A program made the position numbers and the translations under genes. A stretch of DNA of 64,000 nt. Origin: an uncultured cyanobacterium. GTDB lineage: Bacteria > Cyanobacteriota > Cyanobacteriia > Cyanobacteriales > CAWUOF01. The notes under the pieces are model-generated. The model had not been told where the DNA came from. It worked only from the letters and a program-made list of their open reading frames with translations, and made no database searches. Shown in pieces: positions 9,396 to 19,990 of the stretch (position 1 is its first letter; the number at the start of each line of letters is the position of its first letter). The DNA is taken from positions 960,001 through 1,024,000 of the forward strand of contig CAVUSO010000001.1 in the NCBI GenBank assembly GCA_963744145.1, in the 5' to 3' direction.

Positions 9396-12302
9396 CTAGG
9401 AAATTTTTCCAGCGATCGTAAATCCTGCCCAATAATAGGGATGAGCATAAGGTTTTTCAGTTCCTTCTATTTGATTGATACCTCTTAATTGGGTCTTAAT
9501 AAAAAGACGAATAATTTCTTCATCTTCCGGAAGCTTAGTCAAAATCTCTTCACACCATTCTATCAATTGTCGAGCTGTGATATCCCGTAACCACCTTACG
9601 GTCTGATTTAACACTAACTCCTCAGATTTATTTTGCCATAACTGAAAAAATTGCATCATCACCAAAGCACTGATATCAGAGGGTACTGTCCACAAACTAC
9701 TGATCACATGGGAGACACCACTCTTTAAAAAAGCACTGACTAACCCAAAATATTCAGTCTTAATAATTTGGTTTTTAGTAATTGCATTTTCTCCAATAGA
9801 AAGATAAACTAGCTGATAGCTCTTGAGATTCATTTTGACAATTTTTTCAACTCTTAGATGTTCTTTTGCTGATAATACTAAAGCTGATTGACTGGGTTGA
9901 TTGAAGTTATATTCAGTCATGCCAATAAAACTAAAAATATTGTATCCTCCTAATAATGCTTGCACTACTGTTTCCTCAGTTACCTGGTCTCCTGTCATCC
10001 GTTTTGCATCAGCAAAAAGATAGCTCAGATATTCAGATTGCACTGTCGTACCAGAGAGTTCTGTTAGTGGTTGATCATCAGTTTTTCTGTTATTATTATT
10101 AGAGTCAATATTGAGAATATTTGGCATGATATTTCCTTCCTGGTGCAGACTTAGCCCCATTTCTAGACTAGGTAAATAACTAACAGTAAATTTATCTGTA
10201 AATAAAGCATTGAGAGGAAAGCGATGCAAATCCCGATGGGGAATTAGAATTAGGTAATTAATATCCTTCAGAACAGATTCAATCCTAGCAATATCGAGAA
10301 TTTCACCCAGACGCGATATCAATTCTGGTAAATTATTATACCAATTAGATTTTGTTTCTTCCACTTGATTTTCAGATTGGCCATATTCCTGATATTGTTG
10401 ATCCCAATCGTTGATCCAATTCTCAAATTGGATCAACCGTCGGACAGATTCAGGTATTTCTGTTTCTGATATTGCAGTCAGCACTAGCGGTACGATCGCA
10501 TCATCCTTAAAAATAAAAGTCTGCAAAGCTACTGGACTGATGTGCCAGTAAACGATCGCCAGATCAGGTTTCAATAATTGTTTAATTTCTTCTGAGCTAG
10601 GTTGAGGAATATCTTCACCCCAATTAGAGAGTAACCAAGTTAAACAGGAATTTTTACCTTTCTCGGCAGTTTGCCAAGCTTGCTCAATTGCACCAGACTG
10701 GATATATAAATCAACCTGAAGCTGTTGAAAACCTACAAATTTTAGTGCTAATTGTTTTTGACTAGCGGTGGAACGATTAGATTCACCCAGCAAACGGTCT
10801 AATAAATCTGAACCAGGTTGTGCTAATTCTTGAGCTTCTGCTATTCTTCCCAAACTTAATAATGTCCGAATTAGATTTTGCAATAACTCTAAATGTAATT
10901 CAGGTGTTTCAATTTCTGTGAGGGTTTGTTGGGCGAAATGGTAACTTTCGATCGCTTTTTGCCAATATTGATCAGGATCTGAATCTAATCGTCCTTTTTC
11001 ATAGTAAACATTGCCAATCATCAAATGCAATCTGCCCCAACCTACTGGATTAGTATCGAGAAGACAATACTTTAAACCTTCTTCATAATTGGCTAAACTT
11101 CCCTCATTTCCAATTTGATTTAAGTTCGGATTTTGTTCAGTTAACGGACTTGGAGCATCTAAAAAAACATCCTGATTGGTTAAACTACCAACTGTAATCC
11201 CTCGGTTAATCCAAGCTAAAGCCAGATTGGGGTTAATTTCTAAAGCACGATTATAGGAAGCGATCGCTTCTGCTAAACGTTCTAATCTTCTCAGCGCATT
11301 ACCACGAGTATTCCAGACCGCATCTAAATTGGGATTAATTTCTAAAGCTTGGTCATAGGAAGCGATCGCTTCTTCCCAACGTTCTAATTTACTCAACGCA
11401 ACTCCCCGATTAAACCAAGCTATATCATAGGCATGAATAATTGCTACAGCACGATCAAAACAGACGATCGCTTCTTCTAAATTTTCTAAATCACTCAGCG
11501 CACTACCTCGGTTATTCCAAGCTGCTTCATAATCAGGTTTCAGCTCGATCGCACGGTCATAACATGCGATCGCTTCTGCCAAATTTCCTAATTTCTGTTG
11601 CTGAAAACCTTGATTAAACCATCCTTGGGCCTGATCTGGTTCAACCTCTGTTGACTGAGTTTCCCCCGCCGCACTAAGATTAAATTGATTCACCAGAGTT
11701 TGCATAATTAATTGGGGATCAGTTGAATCAAGTCCCATTTGTTGAGCTACGATCTGACGTAAGTTAGGATCTTGTTCCAATCTGACCAATAATTCATCCA
11801 AAGTAATTGCTTCGGGTGGTGGTAATTCCTGGTAGGGTGGTGGATTAATCGCATTAGCATCCGGACCATTATACTCCCAAACTACTCCTGGAGCAGTTTG
11901 TTGAGTTAACACTTGAACTCCAATCTCATAAGCGACCTGTCCCATAGTCCGCAAAGCAGGAGTTCCTTGGATTAATTCACCTAATTGCACCAGTCGAGCT
12001 GCTAATTCATTATTAGGTGTTGTTCCTCCTAACAATCTTTCCCCAAAACTCTGCAACCACTCCACCCATTGTGCTGGGCTAATTCGATGTTGCAAATCTA
12101 AAATATATTTTACTGCCCAGGTATCACCTTTACCGCGATGCACACCTTCGAGCAATTGCATGAATAGATATTCATAATCTGTAGAAGTCAGAGGTGGTGG
12201 AGCGTCCGGCTGAATGTTTTGGGTTCTGCTATTGGAGTTGTTTACCACTGCAAATAAACGTTGCCACAATTTCACCAACCATTGCCAAATTCGCCGAAAC
12301 AT
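9396..12302 (-). CDS. TPR-repeat and CHAT (caspase-like) domain protein, predicted catalytically inactive
   Basis: 34-aa TPRs (EAIASYDQALEINPNLDAVWNTRG); CHAT motifs LILIPHRDLHRFPL, SLWTV, HPYYWAGF; expected His and Cys are substituted. Confidence 0.9.
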   Translation of the reverse strand: MFRRIWQWLVKLWQRLFAVVNNSNSRTQNIQPDAPPPLTSTDYEYLFMQLLEGVHRGKGDTWAVKYILDLQHRISPAQWVEWLQSFGERLLGGTTPNNELAARLVQLGELIQGTPALRTMGQVAYEIGVQVLTQQTAPGVVWEYNGPDANAINPPPYQELPPPEAITLDELLVRLEQDPNLRQIVAQQMGLDSTDPQLIMQTLVNQFNLSAAGETQSTEVEPDQAQGWFNQGFQQQKLGNLAEAIACYDRAIELKPDYEAAWNNRGSALSDLENLEEAIVCFDRAVAIIHAYDIAWFNRGVALSKLERWEEAIASYDQALEINPNLDAVWNTRGNALRRLERLAEAIASYNRALEINPNLALAWINRGITVGSLTNQDVFLDAPSPLTEQNPNLNQIGNEGSLANYEEGLKYCLLDTNPVGWGRLHLMIGNVYYEKGRLDSDPDQYWQKAIESYHFAQQTLTEIETPELHLELLQNLIRTLLSLGRIAEAQELAQPGSDLLDRLLGESNRSTASQKQLALKFVGFQQLQVDLYIQSGAIEQAWQTAEKGKNSCLTWLLSNWGEDIPQPSSEEIKQLLKPDLAIVYWHISPVALQTFIFKDDAIVPLVLTAISETEIPESVRRLIQFENWINDWDQQYQEYGQSENQVEETKSNWYNNLPELISRLGEILDIARIESVLKDINYLILIPHRDLHRFPLNALFTDKFTVSYLPSLEMGLSLHQEGNIMPNILNIDSNNNNRKTDDQPLTELSGTTVQSEYLSYLFADAKRMTGDQVTEETVVQALLGGYNIFSFIGMTEYNFNQPSQSALVLSAKEHLRVEKIVKMNLKSYQLVYLSIGENAITKNQIIKTEYFGLVSAFLKSGVSHVISSLWTVPSDISALVMMQFFQLWQNKSEELVLNQTVRWLRDITARQLIEWCEEILTKLPEDEEIIRLFIKTQLRGINQIEGTEKPYAHPYYWAGFTIAGKIS

Positions 12303-12427
12303 CGATTCTCTCCCTCAGGTTTTACTATCTTAAATCTTAATGTGATCAGCTCATCAGCATTTAATTCGGAAATTGAGGAAATTTAGGACTATGGCTCTTA
12401 AATTTTGATCAGATATTTTTTAGCCAT

Positions 12428-12450
12428 AAAAAAGGTGGGCATTGCCCACC
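12428..12450 (-). terminator. REP-like hairpin, probable terminator of the RNase II gene
   Basis: GGTGGGCA-T-TGCCCACC followed by a T-run on the minus strand, immediately after the stop codon at 12455. Confidence 0.6.
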
Positions 12451-12454
12451 CAAT

Positions 12455-14473
12455 TTAAGTTGCAGCTGATTGTGCTGCTTCAATCATTTCTCGAAATTCG
12501 ATCCGGTCTTGACGTGGATCAGCATAACTAACTCTCACATCTAAGCGATCGCCCAGAGCAACTGTCCGATGAAATCGCATGGCTAATTCTAGTCCTAACT
12601 CTTCTAACAAAATTAAGCCTAGATTTTCATCTTCGCGCAACCAACGTAACATTAAGGCTTGCCAGATTTCATCCCCGTGACGTCGGAGATATTCTAATCC
12701 CCAATAGCGATTGGTTTGTCGTTCTACCCAGGAAGCTTCTTGAGCTGCGGTGGTCACACTTAACATGAGTTCCTTGATCGTGTCAGCCGAAAAAGGTAAT
12801 TGATCGCCACGCAAATGGGCTTTAATCTGGAAATGGGCTAGTAAATCCGTATAGCGCCGAATTGGTGAAGTTACTTGAATATAATTATCTAATCCCAAAC
12901 TAGCATGACGACCAGGATTAATACTGATTTCCGATCGGGGCATACAACGACGCATCGCACAGGAACGGACCGGTCCTGCGGGTAACAACATTAATTCTTG
13001 GGCTGGAGGCAATTCTGGTTGGGATTGGGTCCGATAGGGCAGGGGCAGATTTTGGGCTTGACCATAGCGGGCCGCTACTTCTCCCGTTAAAATCATCATT
13101 TCTGCTACTAATTGCCGCGATCGCGAATCTTCAAGCAGATGAATATCAATCTCATCTCCTTTGACCTTAATCACTGCTTCGGGCATAGAGATACTAATTG
13201 CCCCTTGGGACTGACGCCATTCTAAGCGACGTCTCGCCCAAGCTGAAATTGCTTCGATTTCTGATTCTGCCCTTACCCCCAATTCCAGCATTTCATCGAC
13301 ATCTTCATAGGTAAGTCGATAGGTGGGTTTAATCTTGCTGGCCTTGATGGCATACTCATTTATTGCTCCAGTTTCATCTAAAATCATACTGAAACTCAGA
13401 GCGCAGCAGATTTGACCTTGAACTAAACTCATTGGACCTGTTGCCAATTCGGGCGGAAACATGGGCACCATTCCCGTGGGCATATACAGGGTGGTAGTGC
13501 GTTTTCTCGCTTCTAAATCTAGTTCATCTCCAGGAGATAACAAACGGGTAGGATCAGCGATGTGAACCCATATTCTTTGTCTACCATCTGCTAGATATTC
13601 TAAACTTAAGCCATCATCAATCTCTTGGGTGCTTTCATCATCAATGGTATAAACCTTCAGATGAGTTAAATCAAGACGATGATCATGATCGAGGTCCGGA
13701 GGCGGAGTATTTAAACATAATTGGGCCACTTCCAATACCTTGGCAGAGAAAGTTGTGGGAATTTGACTGCGCCGCATAAATAAGTTTTCATGCGGACTCC
13801 ATAAACCTAAATCTACCAAAAGTTGAAACGCGGCTTGGGATGTATCCGAGTATCCTAAGGCAATTAGGGTTTCTTGGGCGGCGGCACGACCGATGGCTTC
13901 TTCGCCTAAAGCTGCAAATCTTTCTACTGCATCTAAACGAGGGCGATCGCTCTGAGTCCACTCTACCTCTTTTCCCAGTTTCCGGTTTTGCACACGACTC
14001 AGAAATCCTGCTAATTCCTGTTGTCGCTGCTGTTCTACTTCTTGCTGATGCTTGATTTCTGCGACTTGAGCAACCGAACGGGGTTCATAGCGATCGCCTT
14101 TTTGCTTGAAATAAAGTTTATCTTCAAATAGCAAACTGTGTGCAGCATAACACTGCGGTGGACTAGCTTCGGAAAATAATAGGATTGCCATTTGAGCAGG
14201 ATCTACCCCTGCTCCATCTTCCACCAGTAGTTCCCAAGCCACTTCTAAACTTGAAGGGTCTATATAAGGATCTACTGTTTGCAGAAAGCGAGGAATGTCT
14301 GAATATTTGTAAGTTTGATCCTTAACCTCATAGGTAATTTGGCCCGGATCGATGGTATGAGGTTGTCCCCTTTCATCGATCACCACCCATTTTTTCTTAC
14401 CTTCTGGACGTTCGACCACAGCGAGACGCCGTTCTCTGTGCAGCCGAAATTCTATTAACGTTCCTTTCTGCAC
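12455..14473 (-). CDS. Ribonuclease II/R family exoribonuclease (RNB domain)
   Basis: TIDDESTQEIDDGLS catalytic motif, VHIAD, TSPIRRYTDL. Confidence 0.93.
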   Translation of the reverse strand: MQKGTLIEFRLHRERRLAVVERPEGKKKWVVIDERGQPHTIDPGQITYEVKDQTYKYSDIPRFLQTVDPYIDPSSLEVAWELLVEDGAGVDPAQMAILLFSEASPPQCYAAHSLLFEDKLYFKQKGDRYEPRSVAQVAEIKHQQEVEQQRQQELAGFLSRVQNRKLGKEVEWTQSDRPRLDAVERFAALGEEAIGRAAAQETLIALGYSDTSQAAFQLLVDLGLWSPHENLFMRRSQIPTTFSAKVLEVAQLCLNTPPPDLDHDHRLDLTHLKVYTIDDESTQEIDDGLSLEYLADGRQRIWVHIADPTRLLSPGDELDLEARKRTTTLYMPTGMVPMFPPELATGPMSLVQGQICCALSFSMILDETGAINEYAIKASKIKPTYRLTYEDVDEMLELGVRAESEIEAISAWARRRLEWRQSQGAISISMPEAVIKVKGDEIDIHLLEDSRSRQLVAEMMILTGEVAARYGQAQNLPLPYRTQSQPELPPAQELMLLPAGPVRSCAMRRCMPRSEISINPGRHASLGLDNYIQVTSPIRRYTDLLAHFQIKAHLRGDQLPFSADTIKELMLSVTTAAQEASWVERQTNRYWGLEYLRRHGDEIWQALMLRWLREDENLGLILLEELGLELAMRFHRTVALGDRLDVRVSYADPRQDRIEFREMIEAAQSAAT

Positions 14474-14708
14474 AAATTCTGATCCTCATAAAGATTTAAG
14501 TAGCCCAAAATAAGAGTAAATCAGAATACATCGAAGTAAATTGGTCGCGTTACCTAATCCGCCAATTTTAGATTTGTATTTTTCAACCCAAAAATTTTTC
14601 AACCCTGGTTTAGATTATTTGCAAGAGTTACTACCTGGGAGATTTTTCACCAATTTAGTCAAATCTGCCCTAGGGGTAAAAATCTTGCATTTAATCTCTA
14701 AAAATACC

Positions 14709-14924
14709 TTATCCTTCTTGGTTAATAAAGGGCAATAAGGCTAATAATCGGGCGCGTTTAATTGCGGTGGTCAAGTCTCGCTGTTGTTTGGCGGTTAAGC
14801 CTGTGATCCGACGGGGCAGAATTTTGCCGCGCTCGGTGATAAACTTGCGTAATAGATCGACATCTTTGTAGTCGATCGGTTCTTCTGGTTTAATCGGGGA
14901 AAGACGTTTGCGATAATAACTCAT
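14709..14924 (-). CDS. rpsR: 30S ribosomal protein S18
   Basis: [26 protein letters not shown]. Confidence 0.98.
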   Translation of the reverse strand: MSYYRKRLSPIKPEEPIDYKDVDLLRKFITERGKILPRRITGLTAKQQRDLTTAIKRARLLALLPFINQEG

Positions 14925-14976
14925 GGGTATATACTAATTGGTCACTTGAACATTGGTAATTAGTAACATACTTCCC

Positions 14977-15165
14977 TTATTTAATTTCTTTGTGGACAGT
15001 ATGTTTGTTGCAGTGGGTACAGAACTTTTTCAGCTCTAACCGCGCGGTGGTATTGCGACGGTTTTTGGTAGTTGTATACCGGGATACACCTGGTGATCTT
15101 TTATTGGTGTTAGTACGACACTCGGTACATTCCAAGGTCACGATAATCCGGACGCCCTTAGCCAT
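14977..15165 (-). CDS. rpmG: 50S ribosomal protein L33
   Basis: LECTEC...[27 protein letters not shown]. Confidence 0.98.
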   Translation of the reverse strand: MAKGVRIIVTLECTECRTNTNKRSPGVSRYTTTKNRRNTTARLELKKFCTHCNKHTVHKEIK

Positions 15166-15216
15166 AATTTTCCAAAATCAACAATTTGAGGGACAAACAA
15201 AATTAGACACAGCATT

Positions 15217-15745
15217 CTATCTTCTCATATAATTGCTGACTCGATCAAGTAATTTTTTAACTTTTAAATCGAGGGAGTAACCCCGACGGGTAGGGATAAC
15301 GATCGTCCCACTAACGCGATCGTGGAAAGCTTGACGATAGTCCTCATCCACAAAAGCGGTACTACAGTCAGCGATGAGGGGCACAATCAAAATTAAGGGA
15401 GACCCATTTCCTGGTCCAATATTGAGCAAACCGACTAGGGCTAAGTAAGCACAAGTACCTAAAATTAATTCTCGTTTAGCTAGATATTTGAATTTCTGGG
15501 GTTTTCCCAAATCTAGGATCGACTAATTTTAGGTCTAAACTCCAACGTCCCAAGCTTTGTCCCCGATTTTTAAAGACCAAAATTACGCGCAATAGTAGCC
15601 AGATCAGCATAAATCCTAGGATCTGGAGCAAACCGGTCAGGGATGAGATGATTAACCATGTACCCAAGAGATCGATGGCAGTGGCCACGCCCCGCCGCCA
15701 AATTGGTACTCTGAGGAAGCGGATTTTGGGTCTTTCTGTGAGCAT
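15217..15745 (-). pseudogene. RDD-family membrane protein split by an apparent +1 frameshift near 15490 (may be a sequencing error)
   Basis: VPIWRRGVATAIDL...GQSLGRW in one frame and LAKRE...QAFHDRVSGTIV in the other; removing one A restores a single ORF. Confidence 0.8.
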
Positions 15746-15777
15746 GGTAAGTTGATGAATTACGACTAGCTACTTTT

Positions 15778-16827
15778 CTAGTTTGAACGATCTCCTAAAC
15801 GACGTTGGATTTGCTTTAAGGATTGATAGATTTCGGGGAGACGATTATAAATAGCAGCAGTTTTCAGAAAAAGTTTGTGGGGGATAGCTGGTAATCCGGT
15901 GACAATAGCACCTGGAGCAACATCACTGTGAATTCCAGCTTTAGCTGTAGCGATCGCACCATCCCCAATTTTGACTTGATTAGCAATGCCGACGTTCCCG
16001 GCTAAAATGACATTCTTGCCTAATTTTACGCCACCTGACAATCCCACTAATCCTGAGATGGCACAATTTTTGCCAATTTTACAACCGTGACCAATTTGGA
16101 CTAAGTTGTCGATTTTGGTATTTTCACCAATCCGAGTTTCTCCGGTTGCTGGTCTGTCAATGGTGCTGTTACAACCAACTTCTACTCGATCTTCTAAGAC
16201 TACATAACCTGATTGTTCCATTTTTGACCAACCGGTTGGGGTCGGGACAAAACCAAATCCTTCCGCACCGATGACTACTCCACTATGAATGACACAATCC
16301 GCGCCAATTTGAGTCCGTTCATCAATGGTGCAATTAGCGTGTAAGATCGTGCGATCGCCAATCTCCACTTCTGGGTAAATCACCACATTGGGATGAATTA
16401 CCACATTTTTACCAATTTTGACTTTAGCTTGAATTACGACATGGGCACCGATATAGACATTTTCGCCTACTTCTGCTAAAGGATCAATCACAGCCGTGGG
16501 GTGAATTCCTGGAGCTGGTTGAAAAGGTTGATAAAAAAGTGCGATCGCTTGAGCAAATAAAAAACGGGGATCGTTACTCCCAATCCAAGCAATCCCGCGC
16601 TGGGTAGCCTTCTGTTGTAAAATTTCATCCTGGGGCAAAATTAAGGCGCTAGCATTAGTTGTGTTTACATAAACAGAAAATTTTCCCCCTTCGATATAAC
16701 TCAGTGTTCCGCTCGATGCTTCATCAATTGGTGCAACACCACTAATTTCTGGATCAATGTGGGTACATATTTGGGTAGTACCTGTACAGGTGGAGCTGAG
16801 TTTTTGACCAATTTCACTAAATTTCAT
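15778..16827 (-). CDS. lpxD: UDP-3-O-(3-hydroxymyristoyl)glucosamine N-acyltransferase
   Basis: Hexapeptide repeats; IGAEGFGF, TIDR and KIDNLVQIGH motifs. Confidence 0.96.
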   Translation of the reverse strand: MKFSEIGQKLSSTCTGTTQICTHIDPEISGVAPIDEASSGTLSYIEGGKFSVYVNTTNASALILPQDEILQQKATQRGIAWIGSNDPRFLFAQAIALFYQPFQPAPGIHPTAVIDPLAEVGENVYIGAHVVIQAKVKIGKNVVIHPNVVIYPEVEIGDRTILHANCTIDERTQIGADCVIHSGVVIGAEGFGFVPTPTGWSKMEQSGYVVLEDRVEVGCNSTIDRPATGETRIGENTKIDNLVQIGHGCKIGKNCAISGLVGLSGGVKLGKNVILAGNVGIANQVKIGDGAIATAKAGIHSDVAPGAIVTGLPAIPHKLFLKTAAIYNRLPEIYQSLKQIQRRLGDRSN

Positions 16828-16988
16828 TGCTGAGTAAAGTAATATCTAATTGTTAATGGCATCTTACTCCAAAAGGATTTTGTGGCATATTGAATCTGGT
16901 CAATTACACCTGGGTCAGAGTAGGGACTTTAGCCCCCACTCATAGATTTGCTGATGAATTAATTATCATTACCCTATTTTTTTATTTT

Positions 16989-17135
16989 TTAAGGTATTTC
17001 TGGTTCCTGATTATTAGTTTGCAAATAGATTGGCTTTAACCTACTAGCTAAAAACAGCGCTACTATTAAGGCTTGAGCAAATTCACGCTGCTCGATCATC
17101 TGAGCCGTTGCGATCCAGGAAAGGCGAAATTCCAT
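16989..17135 (-). CDS. Possible 48-aa small protein
   Basis: Manual translation: MEFRLSWIATAQMIEQREFAQALIVALFLASRLKPIYLQTNNQEPEIP. The segment is GC-richer than its very AT-rich spacer and is co-oriented with its neighbours. Confidence 0.35.
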   Translation of the reverse strand: MEFRLSWIATAQMIEQREFAQALIVALFLASRLKPIYLQTNNQEPEIP

Positions 17136-17433
17136 AATTTTAGAATCTTATATCTGAGTACCTATTCAAAGTTCCCCTCATGCTCATCAATATAACTTTT
17201 TGTTGTCTTTCTACATAATTTCTTTACCTATAATTTATCAAAAACACATAATTAGCAATTAAACGTGGCATTTGACCTAATTTAAATAGAAAAACAACTA
17301 AAAAGTTGTTTATATGGAGAAAATTTCAATTCTGATTTTAATAAGTAATAGGTTTGATAAGTTATTATAATATTGAATTTTTTATGGGTAGTCTAGTGGA
17401 TAGAGAGATGCTGGTGATGGCCATATTTTTAGA

Positions 17434-18216
17434 TTAACTAGAAGCACTGGTATAGAAGCGTAAAGCAAAACGCCAGAATCGGGTAGAAATAAAAAATAAA
17501 GCGATCGCTAAAATCCCTGCACCAATGACAGAAACTAGATTACCCCGACCTAAAATCATTTCAGCGGGAACATTAGTGAGAAAAGCGACGGGGACGATAA
17601 AGGTAAAAAAGAAACGATAAGCGACAGGATAAGCTACCATAGGATAGCGACCAGCTTCTAATAAACCTCTCAGGATTTCGGTGACATTATAAACTTTGAC
17701 GAACCAAATACTAGTAGCACCCAGGATAAACCAGAGACTGTAAAGAATGATTAATCCAAACAATAGGGGAAGCGCTCCCATGAGATAATTAATAAGGGTT
17801 AAGCCAAGTTTATTACTAGCATAAAAAAGTAATATCATTCCCGTCACTAAATCGGGTATTCCCCAGAGGGAAAAGCTACGAGTTGAAAGCCAAAATTGAC
17901 TACTAATCGGTTTTAATAACACAAAATCTAAAGTTCCTTGTTGAACTTGTTGGACAATTTTGTTTAAATTCGGTGCTAAAAATGTACTGGAAAAACCTTC
18001 CATTATGGTAAAAATACTTAAGACTACTAAAGACTCTTCCCATTGCCAACCATTGAAAGTGTAACCAGTCCGGTAAAATAAAAATAAGCTAAATAAACCA
18101 CCACCCATCCCACCAAGACTACTGAGTGTTGCTACTAAAAAGTTAATGCGATATTCCATTTCAGCTGCGATCGCTGCAATCCAGAAGATTTTTAAAACCG
18201 TTAAATATTTGCCCAT
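17434..18216 (-). CDS. ABC-2 family transporter permease
   Basis: MEYRINF, GTLDFVLLKPISSQF, GRYP; multiple TM helices. Confidence 0.88.
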   Translation of the reverse strand: MGKYLTVLKIFWIAAIAAEMEYRINFLVATLSSLGGMGGGLFSLFLFYRTGYTFNGWQWEESLVVLSIFTIMEGFSSTFLAPNLNKIVQQVQQGTLDFVLLKPISSQFWLSTRSFSLWGIPDLVTGMILLFYASNKLGLTLINYLMGALPLLFGLIILYSLWFILGATSIWFVKVYNVTEILRGLLEAGRYPMVAYPVAYRFFFTFIVPVAFLTNVPAEMILGRGNLVSVIGAGILAIALFFISTRFWRFALRFYTSASS

Positions 18217-18228
18217 CGATCAATTCCC

Positions 18229-19017
18229 TTAAGCTCCCATTCCAGAATAGCGCTGTAACCCTTTTCTCCACAACCATCGGTTAACAATAAAAAAGATAAT
18301 TCCCCAAATTAACATCACTAATAATCCTTGTCCTAGATTAACTGGAAAATCTATTAATAGAGCTGCTGGAAAATAGACAAAATAGGGAAAAGGAGTCCAG
18401 AGGACAATCTGGTGGATTAACTCTGGAAAAACTTCTATTGGTGCAATTAACCCGGAAAGAAATAGATAAAATAAATACCATAATTGTTCAATTGCTGTAG
18501 CTCGCTCAATCCAAAAAGTTAATAAAGCGAAGGTATACTGGATTAAAAACCGGAGCAAAAATGCCAGGATTGAGATCATGAGAAATAATAAAAAACTACC
18601 TAAACTGGGAATCCAAAAACCTTGGGGATAAAGCAGAAAAAATAATCCGATTAATAAGATAATAAATGGTAATCGAGAAAGTCTTTCTGCGATATGAGTT
18701 GCTAGATGGTGCCAAACTGGGTCTAAAGGTTGTAATAAGCGTGAAGATAACTTACCTTCTATTAATTCCCTTTCAAAATCCCAAATTACCCAAACCACAT
18801 TCATTTGTCTAGCGAGAAAAGCAGCTAAGAAATAATGAATAAAATCTATTTGAGTTAATCCAAAATTTCCGACCTTTGCAGCTTTTATCCATGTTCCCAT
18901 TAAGATAAATGGTAAGGAATTGGATAGAGCCCACGCAATTGTTTCGAGTTGGTACTCTAACATATAAGCATAGTAAGTTGCAAGGAGATTTTGGCTAATT
19001 TTAATGATCCGATTCAT
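18229..19017 (-). CDS. ABC-2 family transporter permease
   Basis: EGKLSSRLLQPLDP, FLSGLIAPIEVFP, TPFPY; multiple TM helices. Confidence 0.88.
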   Translation of the reverse strand: MNRIIKISQNLLATYYAYMLEYQLETIAWALSNSLPFILMGTWIKAAKVGNFGLTQIDFIHYFLAAFLARQMNVVWVIWDFERELIEGKLSSRLLQPLDPVWHHLATHIAERLSRLPFIILLIGLFFLLYPQGFWIPSLGSFLLFLMISILAFLLRFLIQYTFALLTFWIERATAIEQLWYLFYLFLSGLIAPIEVFPELIHQIVLWTPFPYFVYFPAALLIDFPVNLGQGLLVMLIWGIIFFIVNRWLWRKGLQRYSGMGA

Positions 19018-19990
19018 GCAATTTTCCCTGTCTGAAATACGCGACCAATTACTTCTTCTATCGGTGGATCAGTAATGGTTAAATCTATTACATCTAAATC
19101 TGCCAAGATTTTAGCTACTGTAGCTGTCAAATTTTCCTGTTTCACTAAAAAACGGACTTCACGTCCTAATTGGGATTCTAATTCACCATAGATAGCTAAC
19201 TTTTCCTGAGCTACAGGTTGACTAAGTTCTATTTTTACTTCTCGGTAGGGAGCAAAATGCTCGAATAAAGCATCTAAACTACCGTCATAAATTAACCGAC
19301 CTGCATAAATTACAATTACCCGCTGACATAGAGCCGTAATATCTGCCATATAATGGCTAGTTAAAATTATGGTTGCACCTGTACGTTGGTTATATTCTCG
19401 TAAGAAATCACGTACTGCTACTTGAGCATTAATATCTAAACCTAAAGTCGGTTCATCTAAAAAAAGAACTTGAGGTTTATGAATCAGTGCTGCTAGTAAT
19501 TCAGCTTTCATTCTTTCACCTAGAGAAAGTTTCCTTACTGGTAACTTGAGTTGATCTTCTAAGGAAAGCATGACACTAAGTTCATTTAAGTATGAGTGAA
19601 ATTGTTGATCAGAAATTCCATAAATAGCAGCATTAATTTTGAGGGAGTCTAGGGGTGGTAAGTCCCAAATTAATTGCTGTTTTTGTCCCATGACTAAGGT
19701 AATCTTTTGCAGAAAAGATTTTGTTCGACGATAGGGAATTTGATCTGCTACTAGAATTTTACCACTAGAGGGATAAATTAAACCAGTGAGCATTTTTAGG
19801 GTCGTGGTTTTTCCGGCCCATTTGGGCCTAAAAAGCCCACAATTTCACCTGGCTCAATCTTAAAACTTACCTCTTTTACTGCTTCTACCATCCGATAGGT
19901 CCGATGGAAAAAATGGCGTAATGTTCCTTTTAATCCTGGTGTTTTGATTGCAACAGGATAAAGCTTGCTGACGTTTTCAGCCAGAATCAT
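19014..19990 (-). pseudogene. ABC exporter ATP-binding subunit with an apparent 1-bp deletion in Walker A (may be a sequencing error)
   Basis: GFLGPNG then shifts frame; adding one G to the GGG run near 19818 restores GPNGAGKTTTLKML. LSLGERMK and FLDEPT follow downstream. Confidence 0.88.

Noticed and set aside
14541-15232. Plus-strand ORFs 14541-14738 and 14990-15232
   Set aside because: Antisense to or overlapping rpsR and rpmG, with no protein-like motifs.
19793-19830. Programmed ribosomal frameshifting in the ABC ATPase and other split genes
   Set aside because: No shared slippery site or stimulatory structure is evident, and these families are not known to use recoding; an indel error is simpler.
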